A stretch of DNA of 32,000 nucleotides, from assembly GCA_965221785.1 (NCBI GenBank), contig CBDCSR010000003.1, positions 445,059 through 477,058 of the forward strand, given 5' to 3'. Below the pieces are notes generated by a model, which made no database searches, had not been told where the DNA came from, and was given only the letters and a program-made list of their open reading frames with translations. The position numbers were made by a program, and so were the translations under genes. Each line of letters begins with the position of its first letter. The stretch's first letter is position 1. Of this stretch, positions 8,401-16,623 are shown piece by piece. This DNA is from Longimicrobiales bacterium (GTDB lineage Bacteria; Gemmatimonadota; Gemmatimonadetes; Longimicrobiales; Gaopeijiaceae).

Positions 8401-10671
8401 TTAGAGCCCCAACTCGTTCCAGGCCTCCATCCGTTCCAGCATCCTGGCGGCGGTTACCGAGTCGCCGCGCAGACCGGCTTCGCGGTAGAGGGCGAAATAG
8501 GCGAGGGCGTAGTATGTGGGAATCCCCAGGCTGCTGGGGTCGCGCCAGTAGTCCCATCCGTCGGGAAGGCCGCTCCGGTGCACGTACACCTCGTCCACCA
8601 GCGTGCGCGTGCGCTCGGTATCGACCCAGACTCCGACCCCCGACAAGCGGTTCGGGTCGCCGACCTGGGCGATTCCCTGGGTCTGGAGCGGCGCCGGGTC
8701 TCCGGGCCAGAGGCGATAGGCCACCCCCTGCCGGACGATGTACCTGCGCAGCCCCATGTCCTCCGGGGCTCCGACGGCGGAGGCGAAGTAAATGGGCCGG
8801 TCCTCGATGGAGTTGGCGATGAAGGACAGCGCAAACTGCATCCACGGCTGCATCTGGCGTCCTTGCGCGACCGTGGCCGTGACCGGGCCAAGGCGAAAAC
8901 GGCGATCCTCCGCCAGCGGCGCGACGCCGGTCACGACGACCCGTTCGATCATGTCGTCGGTCAACTCGGTGCTGACCACCGCTCGCGCCGGGGGCGAAAT
9001 CGGCTCGCGCAGGACCAGCGGCACCAGTCCCGCAGCCTGCGCCGAGGCCGGGTTGTCGGTGTACAGCGCTCCCGTGCCCACCGGCGTGTAGGCACGCTGG
9101 CAGAGGATGCGGGTCGGGTCCGCGTCCGGATCCTCGCCGGGCCCGCAGGGTCGGCTCAGGCCCCTCAGCTGCTTCACGTACCAGTCGGTGTTGAGGTACG
9201 ACGTCACTGCCACGACGACATCGCGCCGGATGCCCTCCACCTCCTGCAGGTACCAGAGCGGGAAGGTGTCGTTGTCGCCGTTGGTGAAGATGAGCGCGTA
9301 GGGTTCCACGCTCATGAGCAGATTGTAGGCCCAGTCGCGCGCGGAATAGTCGTCCGTCCGGCTCGCGCGCTGGAAGTTGAGGACCAGCGGCACCAGCGCC
9401 AGCAGGAGCACGGGCGAGGCCATCTTCATCGACCCCAGGTTTCTCGACAGCGACTTCCACAGGCCCGCGAGCCCGATCCCCGAGATGAGGCCCCAGACCG
9501 AGAAGCCGACGACGAAGAAGTAGTCGCGCTCGCGCACTTCCTTCTCGATCCCCTGGTCGGGGAAGGAATAGCCGAGCTTGAAGTTCAGGTAGTAGACCAG
9601 CCCGACGGAGAGGATGCCGAAAAGCGAGGCCAGATAGAGCCAGCTGGCACGGTCTTTCCGACAGTGCTCGCGCAGGCCGAGTGCGCCCAGCGCCAGGAAC
9701 AACAGCGTGAAGAGGAGCCGGCTGGGAGGAAACCGGTTGTCCTCGAAGGCCACGCCGCGCGCCCACTGCCAGTCGAAATACTGCATCCAGTTCCCGTACT
9801 GGGCGAAGAGCGGCGCCTGCCGCGGAACGAGCGGCGGCTTGGCGTACTGCTCCCGCTTGAGCGCCGACGACAGCTCCTCGCATCCCGCGTTGCCGTAGGT
9901 GGCGATGCTCACCAGCGCGTCGGAGACCCCTTCGCAGGTGGGCTGCGCTTCGTTGATGACCGGATCCAGCCCCGAGCGGATCGGCAGGAAGAGGTGGATG
10001 CTCAGCCCCAGGAGGACCGCAACCAGCGAGGTCGCGTAGAGGCGCGGGTTGAGCAGCGTGCGCGCGCGCACCGCGAGGATGAACAGGAAGAGGGACGGCA
10101 GCACCAGCAGCGCCATCAGGTGGTTGCCCACGGAGAGCGCCATGATGAACGCCATCAATACCAGCAGGTTGTCTTCCCTTCCCTTTCCGAGGTTTTCCTG
10201 CCAGCGGAAGGTGAGCCAGGTCAGGAGGGCGATGGTAAGGAGGGAGACCGTGTAGACCTTCTCGTTCACGTTGGACTGGTTCCAGACCGTGAACGCCGTC
10301 GCGCTGATCAGGACCGCCGCGCAGGCCCCCACCAGCCGGAAGCGCCGGTCGCGGGAGAAGTAGCGCAGGATGTGATGGACGACGAGGAACCAGAACCCGT
10401 GTGCGGCCGCGCTGACCGCCGCCGAAAAGAGATTGATGCGGACGGCGGTCGAGATCCCCAGGGGAGCCAGCAGAATGTCCCAGGCGCGGGCGAGCACGAC
10501 GAAGAGCGGGTTCCCCGGGGGATGCGGGATGCCGAGCATGTGCCCGGTGGCGATGTATTCGCTCGTGTCCCAGAACGCCGTGGTGGGAGCCACGGTCGCC
10601 GCGTAGAGGAGGAACACGGCCCCCGCCACCCCGGCCGCCCAGCGGTAGGGGGGTGTGGTGTTGTCGGCCAC
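8401..10671 (-). CDS. DUF2723 / TMEM260-like polytopic GT-C-fold glycosyltransferase
   Basis: The N-terminal FWDTSEYIATGHMLGIPHPPGNPLF matches the DUF2723/TMEM260 signature (..D.GE.I......G..HPPG.PLF). Many hydrophobic segments are followed by a large soluble C-terminal part. The GTG start at 10671 directly abuts the upstream TGA (TGAGTG). Confidence 0.85.
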   Translation of the reverse strand: MADNTTPPYRWAAGVAGAVFLLYAATVAPTTAFWDTSEYIATGHMLGIPHPPGNPLFVVLARAWDILLAPLGISTAVRINLFSAAVSAAAHGFWFLVVHHILRYFSRDRRFRLVGACAAVLISATAFTVWNQSNVNEKVYTVSLLTIALLTWLTFRWQENLGKGREDNLLVLMAFIMALSVGNHLMALLVLPSLFLFILAVRARTLLNPRLYATSLVAVLLGLSIHLFLPIRSGLDPVINEAQPTCEGVSDALVSIATYGNAGCEELSSALKREQYAKPPLVPRQAPLFAQYGNWMQYFDWQWARGVAFEDNRFPPSRLLFTLLFLALGALGLREHCRKDRASWLYLASLFGILSVGLVYYLNFKLGYSFPDQGIEKEVRERDYFFVVGFSVWGLISGIGLAGLWKSLSRNLGSMKMASPVLLLALVPLVLNFQRASRTDDYSARDWAYNLLMSVEPYALIFTNGDNDTFPLWYLQEVEGIRRDVVVAVTSYLNTDWYVKQLRGLSRPCGPGEDPDADPTRILCQRAYTPVGTGALYTDNPASAQAAGLVPLVLREPISPPARAVVSTELTDDMIERVVVTGVAPLAEDRRFRLGPVTATVAQGRQMQPWMQFALSFIANSIEDRPIYFASAVGAPEDMGLRRYIVRQGVAYRLWPGDPAPLQTQGIAQVGDPNRLSGVGVWVDTERTRTLVDEVYVHRSGLPDGWDYWRDPSSLGIPTYYALAYFALYREAGLRGDSVTAARMLERMEAWNELGL

Positions 10672-11856
10672 TCAGCTGGCTCCGGGAACGAGGGTGATGC
10701 CTCCGGCCTGTTTGCCTGTCTCCGCCATCCCGACGCGCTCGTAGGTTGCGAGGTCGATGACCTCGACGATGCCCGGCTGCCCCCCGATTCCTTCGATGGT
10801 GACGAAGGCGAAGCGGTTGTCCGAGGTCACGGCGACCCCGTGGGTAACCTCCTGGATGCTCTTGATCTTCGCCAGCATCTCGGCGGTGTCGAGATCCCAT
10901 ACCGCCAGGTGGCCGCTGCCCTTGAGGGTTGCGAGCAGGCGGGATCCGTCGCGGGTGAGAGCCAGGTTGTAGGGCGCGCCCTCGGCGGGGATGCGCCGGG
11001 CCACGCTCCAGGACTCGAGGTCCACCTGGACGATCTCGTTACCACGGTTGCAGGCCACGTAGACGAAGCGCCCGTCGCCGGAGAGGGTGGTCCAGGTCGG
11101 GGAGCAGGCGGCCATGCCGGAGCCGCCCATCGCACCGGCCATGTCACCGGTGGTTCCGCCGGCCGTCCCGCCACCGCTCATCCCCGCGCCGTGGGCGACC
11201 GGTTCGCCGACCGGCTCTCCCGTCACCAGGTTCAGCCGCCGGGTCACCTCCAGCGAGAAGGTGGACATCTCCACCAGCTGGTCGTCCATCATGCACGCCG
11301 AGTAGTTGTGCATGCCGTCCGGTGACATGCGCGACCCGTGCGGCATGGTGCAGGTCGTCACCTGCTCGATCTCGTACATCTCCTCGGTGTCCACCACCGA
11401 CACCGTGCTCGGGACGTGGTCGCCGTAGAAGTTCGAGTTGACCGCGAATGCCAGCACCCCGTCGGGGGTGAGCGAGACGGTCGCGGGGAAGAAGCCGAGT
11501 TCGGTGGCGGCCACCACGGTGTCCGGGCCGGTCTCGTACTTGAGCAGGTAGCCGTTCGGGAAGCCGTGCCCGAGGGTCAGGTACCAGTATTCGCCCGACG
11601 GGTCGAAGAACATCCCGTGCGGGCCCTCGATCTCCGCCGGCCAGCGGCCCACCCGGATGACCTTCTCCACCGAGAGCCCGCCTTCGGGCGTGAACTCGAG
11701 CACCGCGACCTCGTCCTCCGACTCCGCGGCCACGTATGCCCGGTAGGACTGGGCATGGGCCGGTTCGGGCGCGAAGGCGAGCACGGCCAGCAGCGCGGCG
11801 GCTGCGAGCCGGTGTGACGTGGTGCGGCGATGGCGCCGCGACAGGTCCTTCGTCAC
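10672..11856 (-). CDS. Secreted YVTN/YncE-like beta-propeller protein with Met/His/Gly-rich insertions
   Basis: This is only the C-terminal 394 codons of the 741-aa track ORF. The GTG at 11856 overlaps the upstream stop (GTGA). Signal peptide RLAAAALLAVLAFAPEPAHAQ. Repeated blades of the type SPDG..L.V.N...V.V.D. Confidence 0.75.
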   Translation of the reverse strand: MTKDLSRRHRRTTSHRLAAAALLAVLAFAPEPAHAQSYRAYVAAESEDEVAVLEFTPEGGLSVEKVIRVGRWPAEIEGPHGMFFDPSGEYWYLTLGHGFPNGYLLKYETGPDTVVAATELGFFPATVSLTPDGVLAFAVNSNFYGDHVPSTVSVVDTEEMYEIEQVTTCTMPHGSRMSPDGMHNYSACMMDDQLVEMSTFSLEVTRRLNLVTGEPVGEPVAHGAGMSGGGTAGGTTGDMAGAMGGSGMAACSPTWTTLSGDGRFVYVACNRGNEIVQVDLESWSVARRIPAEGAPYNLALTRDGSRLLATLKGSGHLAVWDLDTAEMLAKIKSIQEVTHGVAVTSDNRFAFVTIEGIGGQPGIVEVIDLATYERVGMAETGKQAGGITLVPGAS

Positions 11857-13838
11857 GGAACCAGCGTCCTCCTCGGCTGCAGCCTCACCGACCAGAGCCC
11901 TGAGTGGTGCTCGGCGATGAACAGGTGGCCCTTGTGGATCTGCGGGCCCCAGCTGAAGGGTGCGTTGGGCACGAAGGCGTCGGGGTCGTTGGCGGCGTAG
12001 TGCGCGATCTCTCGGCCCTGCAGGCCCAGGTTGCCCTTGAGTTCGCCGGAGATGTCGATGACGCGGGTGCCGCCGTTGTAGTAGGCCGCGTAGAGGCGGT
12101 CTCCGTCGATCCACATGTTGTGCGACCCGGCCTCCGGGATCTCGTAGCGCGCGACCTCCTCGGGGTTGTTGGGGTCGGTGAAGTCGACGACGTGGATGTA
12201 GCCGGCCATGCGCGGGGGCGTGCGCTCGGCGTCCAGGTCGTTGAAGCCGGGGCGGCCGATCTCGTCGCCCATGAAGATGTAGAAGCGTCCGGCCGGGCTC
12301 CAGTACGGGAAGGCCGCGTGGGTCGCCCCGCCGATGTCGGCGAAACTGGTCATGAGCACCGGGTTGGAGGGGCTGCCGCCCCGGTCGCCGCCGCCCACGT
12401 CGATGACCGCCACCCCGTCTGCCCAGTTGGAGGTGTAGGCGATCCCGTCCACGATCCAGATGTCGTGAATGCCGTGGCCGGGGGTGTCCAGCTCGAAGCG
12501 GCCCACGCGGTGCGGGCTGGTCGGATCCTCGATGTTGATCACGTCGAAGCGGACCCCGTTGTTCACGGCGTACACGTGGTTGTCGTACACGAAGACATTG
12601 TGGACGCCGCCGGTCAGCTCGTCGTCGAAGGTGGAGAGGATCTCGACGTTGCGCGGGTCGGCGCAGTCCACGATGACGATGCCGTTGCGCCGGTTGGAGG
12701 CGCCCTCGCGCGAGATCACGCAGACGCGGCCGTCCTCGGACACCTTCACGTCGTTGGTGGTGCGAGCGTCCACCACCAGCGAGTCGGTCATGACCGGGGC
12801 GGCCGGGTCGGTCACGTCCCACCAGTAGGTCGCGCCGTAGGCGCCCCAGGTGCCGGTGATGGCGTAGTCGCGGCCGTCGATGCCCTCCCACACCCACAGG
12901 TCGGAGGTGGGAACATCGCGCACGGCGCCCTGGCCGATGAACTCCACGGTCTCGCTCACGTTGCGCGGCTCGATGCGGATGGTCTGGTTGGCCGAGTGGC
13001 CGGGCACGGTGGCCACGACCGTGTACACCCCCGGCCGGTATGCCACGAAGCGGCCCTGCTGGTCGATTTCGGCGGGCGCGAAGTCCGCCGTGGCCTCGAT
13101 GTCCGCGTAGGGCACGACCGAGAAGGTCACGGGAATGTCGCTGGCCTCGTCGCTCGCCATGGGCGCGGCTTCGAAGCGGATCACGTCGCCGGTGCGGCCC
13201 ACCTCCTGGCTCCCCGACAGCGCAATCGAGGTGACCGGGCTCGCGACCACGTCGTAGACGACCTCTCCCGCGACCTCCTCGGCGGCCGCGGTCAGAGTGA
13301 CCCGGCCGGGCGCGTGCGCGCTGAACACGCCGAAGCGGTCGACACTGGCCACCGATTCGTCGCTGGTGCTCCAGCCCAGCTCCACGTCGCCGCGGACGTC
13401 GTCGACCGCGTCGTACACGGTGGCCCGGTGGCGCATCACCGTGCCCACGTAGAAGCGCCCGTTCTCGCCCGGCGAGATCTCGACCCGGTCGAGGGCCGGA
13501 TACGGCACCGAGACGGTCATCTCCGCGCGGATGTTGCGGTCGGTGGCGACCATCAGGGTCACCAGGTAGTCACCCCCGTACACGGCCTCGACCGCGCCGG
13601 TGGTTCTGTTCACGTCCAGACGCCCGCGCGCACCCCGGGCCATGTACATGATCGGGGCATCGACGGCGTTCCCGTCGGCATCGACGACGCTGGCCGTGAT
13701 CTGTCCGCTCTCACCGGGCTGGAGGGTGAGCACCCCTTCCTCCACGACGATGCGCGCAGGTTCCTGGGCGGCGAGGGACGACGCGCCGAGCGCGAGCAGG
13801 GCGAGGACGCAAAGGACGCTGGCAGGACGGATCTTCAT
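11853..13838 (-). CDS. Secreted protein with N-terminal bacterial Ig-like (Big_2-type) domains and C-terminal LVIVD-repeat beta-propeller
   Basis: ATG at 13838 with GGAGG 7 nt upstream. Signal MKIRPASVLCVLALLALGASSLAAQ. Big_2-like segments include LQPGESGQITASVVDADGN and WSTSDESVASVDRFGVFSAHAPGRVTLTA. LVIVD-type repeats include GIVIVDCADPRNVE, FDVINIEDPTSP, GVAVIDVGG, YIHVVDFTDPNNPE and GTRVIDISG. Confidence 0.8.
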   Translation of the reverse strand: MKIRPASVLCVLALLALGASSLAAQEPARIVVEEGVLTLQPGESGQITASVVDADGNAVDAPIMYMARGARGRLDVNRTTGAVEAVYGGDYLVTLMVATDRNIRAEMTVSVPYPALDRVEISPGENGRFYVGTVMRHRATVYDAVDDVRGDVELGWSTSDESVASVDRFGVFSAHAPGRVTLTAAAEEVAGEVVYDVVASPVTSIALSGSQEVGRTGDVIRFEAAPMASDEASDIPVTFSVVPYADIEATADFAPAEIDQQGRFVAYRPGVYTVVATVPGHSANQTIRIEPRNVSETVEFIGQGAVRDVPTSDLWVWEGIDGRDYAITGTWGAYGATYWWDVTDPAAPVMTDSLVVDARTTNDVKVSEDGRVCVISREGASNRRNGIVIVDCADPRNVEILSTFDDELTGGVHNVFVYDNHVYAVNNGVRFDVINIEDPTSPHRVGRFELDTPGHGIHDIWIVDGIAYTSNWADGVAVIDVGGGDRGGSPSNPVLMTSFADIGGATHAAFPYWSPAGRFYIFMGDEIGRPGFNDLDAERTPPRMAGYIHVVDFTDPNNPEEVARYEIPEAGSHNMWIDGDRLYAAYYNGGTRVIDISGELKGNLGLQGREIAHYAANDPDAFVPNAPFSWGPQIHKGHLFIAEHHSGLWSVRLQPRRTLVP

Positions 13839-13887
13839 CTCGGTTCCTCCATGCAACGGATCGATTGTCGGGCCTGAAAAAGTCGAA

Positions 13888-13901
13888 AAACCCGCGGGTT
13901 T
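13888..13901. promoter_or_regulatory. Perfect 14-bp palindrome AAACCCGCGGGTTT about 50 nt upstream of the LVIVD operon start
   Basis: Read directly. It lies in the 375-nt divergent intergenic region between 13838 (-) and 14214 (+). Confidence 0.25.
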
Positions 13902-14115
13902 GCGCAAATGGGACGATCGGGATCCGGCCCCTCATGGAATCAGCGGGCAAGCCTGCGGGCGGAAGATCCACGCTCGTGAAACGGTCGCCATCGACGAAGC
14001 CGGGGACCGGCTGTGTTGGATCCGCCTGACCCGGTTCGGCGACGATTGGCTCCTGATTCGCTCCGATGGCCGCGACGTGTCGCCCCCCTTGCACGCTGTG
14101 CGACAGATGCAATAA
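13900..14115 (+). CDS. Speculative small ORF (71 aa, TTG start) upstream of the methyltransferase gene
   Basis: The frame of track ORF 13600..14115 reads protein-like here (ETVAIDEAGDRLCWIRLTRFGDDWLLIRSDGRDVS). My hand count gives GC3 of about 78% against about 62% local GC. There is no ATG/GTG and no clear RBS. Confidence 0.2.
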   Translation: MRKWDDRDPAPHGISGQACGRKIHARETVAIDEAGDRLCWIRLTRFGDDWLLIRSDGRDVSPPLHAVRQMQ

Positions 14116-14213
14116 CGTCATGCACACAAGCCATTTGATCGCGATATAGTCTCGATACTGAATGAGTTGTGTTTTTGGCGCGTTCCATCGTGCAAACGCG
14201 ACCACATGATGCG

Positions 14214-15248
14214 ATGACTGATACGCCCGCCGCAAAACAATCGAACCCCCGTTCCCTCGCGGATCTTGCGGCGGATGAAGTGAAATCAGTGGTCGATCGG
14301 TACACCGGGATCCACAATGCCGGTTCGGAGCGCAGAAAAGAGCACTATCGGTCGTTCGTCAAACACTACTACGACCTGGTGACCGATTTCTACGAGTTCG
14401 GCTGGGGGCGGTCCTTTCACTTTGCCCCCCGGCGCCGGGGCGAGAGCTTCAAGGCGTCGCTGCTGAGGCACCAGCGTTTTCTCGCCGACCGGTTGGCCCT
14501 GAAGCCGGGCATGCGGGTGCTCGATGTAGGATGCGGTGTGGGGGGACCGATGGCCGCGCTTGCCCGCTACGCCGGGGCCAGCTTCGTCGGGCTCAACAAC
14601 AACGCCTACCAGATCGAGCGCGCGAAAGCGCACACCCGGGACGTACAGTCCCTGTGCCGTTTCATACACGGCGACTTCATGCAGATCCCCGACGGTGACG
14701 ACCGCTACGATGCCGCGATCGCGATCGAGTCCATGCCGCACGCACCCGACAAGACGGCGGCGTTCCGGGAACTCTTCCGCGTCTTGCGGCCGGGAGCCTG
14801 CCTGGCGGGCTACGACTGGTGCCTCACCGGGGATTTCGATCCCCGGAACGCAGAGCACATGCGGATCAAGGAAGCAATCGTGAAGGGCAATGCGCTTCCG
14901 TATATCGTCTGCACGCCGGAGATCGCCGCCGCGCTGCGCACGGCGGGGTTCGAACTCGTCGAATCCGGGGACCGAGCCTCCGCATCGGACCCGACAACGC
15001 CCTGGTACCGTGCTCTGCAGGGTCGCGACCTCAGCCTCAGGAGCATCCCGCGCACACCCATTGGACGCGCCCTGACGAATCGGGTGTTGAAGGTCGGCGA
15101 GAAGTTGCGGATTTTCCCTGAAGGGACCGCCGCGGTCAGCTCCCTGTTGAACAGGACGGCGGACGCGCTGGTCGCGAGTGGCAAGGCCGGAATCTTCACC
15201 CCGATGCTCTACTTTCTGGCCCGCAAGCCCGGGCGGTCGGGAGACTGA
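14214..15248 (+). CDS. Sterol 24-C-methyltransferase (Erg6/SMT)-like SAM-dependent methyltransferase
   Basis: YYDLVTDFYEFGWGRSFHF (SMT region I), LDVGCGVGGP (SAM motif I), IESMPHAP, YDWCLT, and C-terminal GIFTPMLYFLARKP (compare yeast Erg6 ..LFTPMMLFVARKP, recalled from memory). Start taken at ATG 14214; the ORF-track start is GTG 14169. Confidence 0.85.
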   Translation: MTDTPAAKQSNPRSLADLAADEVKSVVDRYTGIHNAGSERRKEHYRSFVKHYYDLVTDFYEFGWGRSFHFAPRRRGESFKASLLRHQRFLADRLALKPGMRVLDVGCGVGGPMAALARYAGASFVGLNNNAYQIERAKAHTRDVQSLCRFIHGDFMQIPDGDDRYDAAIAIESMPHAPDKTAAFRELFRVLRPGACLAGYDWCLTGDFDPRNAEHMRIKEAIVKGNALPYIVCTPEIAAALRTAGFELVESGDRASASDPTTPWYRALQGRDLSLRSIPRTPIGRALTNRVLKVGEKLRIFPEGTAAVSSLLNRTADALVASGKAGIFTPMLYFLARKPGRSGD

Positions 15249-15258
15249 ATCCCGAAAC

Positions 15259-16173
15259 CTAGAAATTCACCACCAGCGCCATGGTCAGCACCCGGTCCGA
15301 CTTGTCCAGCGGGATGGGCACCTTGCCCGTGGACTCACCCTGCAGGCTCGTCAGCGGGACGTCGACCAGCGACGGGCGGTTGTCGAACAGGTACTGGAAC
15401 TTGGCCTGCAGCCCGAAGTGCTCGCTCATCGAGACGCCCAGCGAGGTCACCCAGTCCGCGCGCAGGTCCGCCGGGTTGAAGCCGTTCTCGTCCACCACCA
15501 GGGTGCTCTTCAACTCAGTGTTGTCGGTCAGCTGGATCTCGTATTCGCCGGAGACCTGGAGTCCGATGAAGGTGTTGGCGGCGTCGGGGTCGGGGACCAC
15601 ATCGTCCTGCACGGTAAGGGTGAGCCCGTACGAGCTGCGCAGCTGGTGCACGTCGTCCTCCATCCACCGCGTCGACATGCCGGCGACCAGCACGTAGCGG
15701 CCATCGATGCCGGTGAAGGTGTTGCGGGCCCATCCCAACTGGCCGAACACCGACGACCGCTCGGAGAACTCGCGGTCGCCGCGAAAGCGGATGAGGTAGT
15801 TCTCGGCGGAAACCCGGGTCTCGCTCTCCTCTTCGACCCGATAGTCGTCGGAGGTGCCGATGGCCGAGCGCTTGAAGCGGGTGGTGTTCGTGCGCAGCGC
15901 TCCGAACTCCAGTTTGGTCTCGGTCCGCTCCCACTCCGTGATCAGCTCGTTGGCGAGCCCGAACGTGGTCGATTCCGTGTTGCCACGGGTCTGGATGAAG
16001 CTGAACTCGCTGGAGTTGGACCACTCCGGGGGGAGGGGGATCTGCGGGAGCTGCGCGCTCGCCTCGACGCCGGTGCCCAGGAGAAGCGCGAAGGCCAGGG
16101 AGAAAGAAGCGACGGCGCCCGAGGCGCGCGCCTCCGACGGGTGCCTGGCAGCCAGGCGCTCTCGTGCTACCAA
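15259..16173 (-). CDS. DUF481 (YdiY-like) outer-membrane beta-barrel protein
   Basis: RGNTESTT, LTDNTELKS, MSEHFGLQAKFQYLFDNRPS and a terminal Phe (..VVNF) resemble E. coli YdiY. Signal AVASFSLAFALLLGTGVEASAQ. The start is uncertain: TTG 16173 is chosen because the track start 16278 would overlap the rhodanese gene by 112 nt. Confidence 0.7.
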   Translation of the reverse strand: MVARERLAARHPSEARASGAVASFSLAFALLLGTGVEASAQLPQIPLPPEWSNSSEFSFIQTRGNTESTTFGLANELITEWERTETKLEFGALRTNTTRFKRSAIGTSDDYRVEEESETRVSAENYLIRFRGDREFSERSSVFGQLGWARNTFTGIDGRYVLVAGMSTRWMEDDVHQLRSSYGLTLTVQDDVVPDPDAANTFIGLQVSGEYEIQLTDNTELKSTLVVDENGFNPADLRADWVTSLGVSMSEHFGLQAKFQYLFDNRPSLVDVPLTSLQGESTGKVPIPLDKSDRVLTMALVVNF

Positions 16174-16613
16174 ACGCCCTCGTATCCGTCCGCAGCCAGA
16201 TTCCACCTGGGCCCGAAGACGTGGACCCGCTTCGTCGGCGACGGGCCATCGGTGAGCTCGCCGCCCTCGTGTGTCCACGCAAGCAGGCTTCCCTTCAGGT
16301 TCAGCACCGGAACGCCCCTCTTTCCCATCCGGCGGGCGTACCTTGAACTGCGCGCTCCCAGAGTGCAGTAGGCGACCACGGTACAGTCCCCCAGATCGTC
16401 GAGCCGGTTCTCGAATTCCTCAGGGGTGATGGCGCCGGGCAGCGTGGACACCGCCCGCTCGGCGGGAGAGCGGACATCGACGAGAATGGTGTCGTCGGCG
16501 GTCAGGCGCTCGCGCAGCGCCGCCGGACTGATGGTCCTCACATCCGGAAAGCGGCGGCCAACCCGCGAAACCATCCCCTCCAGCGTGCGCCGCCGTTCGT
16601 CCTGCGATGCCAT
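16167..16613 (-). CDS. Rhodanese-like domain protein (sulfurtransferase)
   Basis: LVDVRSPAE..G.LPGA and the active-site loop YCTLGARSS (C-x-x-G-x-R-S). ATG at 16613 with GGGGGAA upstream; the track start 16631 is TTG. Confidence 0.8.
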   Translation of the reverse strand: MASQDERRRTLEGMVSRVGRRFPDVRTISPAALRERLTADDTILVDVRSPAERAVSTLPGAITPEEFENRLDDLGDCTVVAYCTLGARSSRYARRMGKRGVPVLNLKGSLLAWTHEGGELTDGPSPTKRVHVFGPRWNLAADGYEGVW

Positions 16614-16623
16614 CCTGTTCCCC

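Noticed and set aside
8375-11325. Long ORFs 8375..10900 (-) and 8578..11325 (+) overlapping the DUF2723 and YVTN genes
   Set aside because: Off-frame or antisense shadows. They are dominated by Arg/Gly/Pro/His runs, whereas the chosen frames carry the family signatures and coherent signal peptides.
11857-12897. N-terminal 347 codons of the 741-aa ORF 10672..12897 (-)
   Set aside because: This part is out of frame with, and entirely inside, the LVIVD-repeat gene, and reads as Arg/Gly/Pro low complexity. The real gene starts at the GTG at 11856, just before a clear signal peptide.
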